64,000 nucleotides of DNA, taken from NCBI GenBank assembly GCA_964016885.1, contig OZ024745.1, forward strand, positions 1,674,001-1,738,000. The letters are read 5' to 3'. The stretch comes from Eledone cirrhosa. Its lineage: Eukaryota. A model generated the notes under the pieces. The model was not told where the DNA came from. It ran no database searches and worked only from the letters and a program-made list of their open reading frames with translations. Below, piece after piece: positions 61,500-64,000 of the stretch. A program made the translations under genes and the position numbers. Numbering within the stretch: position 1 is the first letter of the stretch; every line of letters begins with the position of its first letter.

Positions 61500-61800
61500 C
61501 TATTTAGGTTTGATTAGCTTGGTGTCACTTACCAATTCACCTCTGACCCGTAGACCAACTGTCTACTCTACCAAATTTTACCATTATAATTCTCACAGCT
61601 TGTTACGTATCAGCTCAACCCCAAACCACTCTACAAGCTAGTTTCTCCGTCTCCTCCTTCATACCACACTAGCTACATTATCCAATCCTTTTTCTCCTTA
61701 GCTCAACCGTTTGGTATTCTTTACCCCAAGCAAGGTACTCCTGTAGTGGTCAACTTGAACAAGTTATTCAAGCTATAATTTACCACGTCACCCTCAATCA
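61500..61800 (+). mobile_element. Decayed 3' fragment of a CR1/L2/Jockey-type LINE
   Basis: From 61507 the sequence reads GLISLVSLTNSPLTRRPTVYSTKFYHY. It then gives SFF and STVWYSLP (TGG at 61712), and VVVNLNKLFK after a frameshift. This matches the CR1-like C-terminal pattern RLI..SLT..PL.HRR.V.SL..FY.Y...SFFPRT..LWNSLP...NL..FK. Confidence 0.6.
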
Positions 61801-62141
61801 CAGAGAACCCCTGAAGTCTATCCATACTACAACTCCTTTTCCCTGGCCATTTCATTAAAATAATTGCTTTAAATTTTATTCTCAATTACCGTCGAACCAT
61901 AAAACCGTTTCCAAGAGGTGAAAAGATTGTGTGGATGTAGTAACTGGTGGATCATCAGTTGAAATTCAGTCCTGGTAACCCATGTTATTCTACGTCACCA
62001 GTCTACATCGTATCAGTGGTACCGGTCTTTGAACATCATACAACCTCACCTCAACACAGAACGAAAACAAAAATGTTTTTGAAAAAAAAAAGACAAACGA
62101 AAGACACAGAAGTCCAAGGTCTTCAGTCGCAGTGATGGACT

Positions 62142-62143
<2 letters not shown>

Positions 62144-62227
<84 letters not shown>
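62144..62227. repeat. (CA)n(TA)n compound microsatellite
   Basis: Adjacent AC and TA runs. Confidence 0.96.
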
Positions 62228-62230
<3 letters not shown>

Positions 62231-62339
62231 GGCTGAGTGGTTAGAGAATTGGATTCGCAATCGTGAGGTTGTGAGTTCGATTCCCGGACCGGGGGATGCG
62301 TTATGTCCTTGAGCAAGACACTTTATTTCACGTTGCTCC
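62228..62339 (+). mobile_element. tRNA-derived CORE-type SINE (octopus OR-like), 3'-truncated
   Basis: Pol III A-box GGCTGAGTGG (62231-62240), anticodon-loop-like TTCGCAA, B-box GTTCGATTCC (62275-62284) and CORE-like TGTCCTTGAGCAAGACACTT (62304-62323). Confidence 0.82.
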
Positions 62340-62541
62340 TTCTACCTGGAGTTGCGACCGATAGATAGTATTAGAAATTGGAAAGACCGATGGAAGCATT
62401 GCTTCCTCGGTCCGATTTGACGTAAGTCGATATATAGCAACAAAGACCAAAATAATCATTTCATGATCACAACTAACCTCTAAAACCACCATCAATACTG
62501 CCACCACCACCACCATTGCCAATAGGACCCTGCCAGACGCA

Positions 62542-62766
62542 CCCCACCACCTCCACCACCACCACCACCACCACAACAACAACAACCACCACCACCACCA
62601 ACAACAACAACACAACAACAACCACCACCAACACCACCAACAACAACAACCACCACCACCACCACCACCACCACCACCACCACCACCAACAACAACCACC
62701 ACCAACACCACCACCACCAACAACAACACCGCCACCACCACCAACAACAACAACACAACAACAACC

Positions 62767-62797
<31 letters not shown>

Positions 62798-63094
62798 CCG
62801 CCACCAACAACAACAACACAACAACAACAACAACAACACCACCACCACCAACAACAACACAACAACAACAACAACACCACCACCGCCACCAACAACAAGA
62901 ACCACCACCACCACCAACAACAACACCACCACCACCACCACCACTACCACCACCACCACCAAGAACTACCACCACCACCACCACCACCAACAACAACCAC
63001 CACCACCACCACCACAACCACCAACAACAACACCACCACCACCACCACCACCACCACCACCACCACCACCAACAACACCACCACCACCACCACC

Positions 63095-63126
<32 letters not shown>

Positions 63127-63280
63127 CACCAACACCAACAACAACAACAACACAACAACAACACCACCACCACCACCAACAACAACAACACCAACAACAA
63201 CAACAACACAACAACAACAACACCACCACCACCAACAACAACACCAACAACAACAACAACACAACAACAACACCACCACC

Positions 63281-63311
<31 letters not shown>

Positions 63312-63392
63312 CAACAACACCACCACCACCACCAACAACAACAACACCAACAACAACAACAACACAACAACAACACCACCACCACCACCACC

Positions 63393-63423
<31 letters not shown>

Positions 63424-63439
63424 CAACAACACCACCACC

Positions 63440-63471
<32 letters not shown>

Positions 63472-63486
63472 CACAACAACACCACC

Positions 63487-63517
<31 letters not shown>
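62542..63517. repeat. Cryptic (CAA)n/(CAC)n trinucleotide repeat, about 975 bp
   Basis: Almost exclusively A and C. CAC and CAA runs alternate, with recurring CAACACAAC register slips. Confidence 0.96.
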
Positions 63518-63519
<2 letters not shown>

Positions 63520-64000
63520 TAAACAATTGAAAGGGAGAAAAAGGGAAACAAAATGTAATGGCGACAATTCTTTGGGATGTTGTCATGGCAATAGAAAAAT
63601 TAATTCAATCACTATCCCCCTTCTCCTCCATCATTCCTTCCCTCTCCCCCCTTCTTCTCCCCCCACTTCTCTCACCCATCCCTGAGACAAATGGGTTCAC
63701 CCTCAGTTCTCTCCAACTTCTTCTCATCCTTCTCCCCCTTCACCTCTTTTTCCTCCTCTTCCCCCTCCCCTCCCCAACCCCCCACCACTACGACAAATGA
63801 TCTCTCTCTCTCCTTTCATTTATCAATCACTGATCTTCAGATAACTTCTATCGAAACGTCGTCTACTCCCACTAAACCTCACTCCTCTATCAACTCTCCC
63901 ACCACCTCCCACTATCCCACCTTAATCTTTTCAATCCATCTCCCCCCCCCCTCTCTCATCTTCTTACTCTTTTTCTTTCTTTCTTTCAGTTTTCTGTAAT

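Noticed and set aside
62228-62292. Functional tRNA-Arg gene
   Set aside because: The acceptor stem is not intact and the sequence continues into a CORE-like SINE body.
62328-63685. Poly-Thr/His/Gln/Pro and poly-Val/Gly/Trp/Cys ORFs
   Set aside because: They are translations of the CAA/CAC tract, open on both strands, with homopolymer identity changing at each register slip.

Overview
Eukaryotic, apparently non-coding DNA. The SINE families and dense microsatellites suggest an octopus or other coleoid cephalopod (inference from recalled consensus sequences). Bases 1-54785 are one uninterrupted head-to-tail satellite of a 25-bp, 60% GC unit, GGACACTGACAGAC[C/G]ACACCACCCA. There are about 2,190 copies and the array runs off the left edge of the window. 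It carries a binary C/G variant at one position plus rarer marker variants. These markers reveal nested duplications with periods from 475 bp to 8,081 bp and three marker-defined domains, and only five register-shifting insertions are visible. All the very long minus-strand 'ORFs' come from this T-poor unit, which has no stop codon on that strand. The array ends abruptly at 54785. The remaining 9.2 kb holds microsatellites, a polypyrimidine block followed by a polypurine block, a compound 66-74 bp minisatellite, and decayed mobile elements: RTE and CR1/L2-type LINE 3' fragments, four tRNA-derived SINE copies and a possible Helitron end. A ~1 kb cryptic CAA/CAC repeat lies near the right end. 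No protein-coding gene can be supported.
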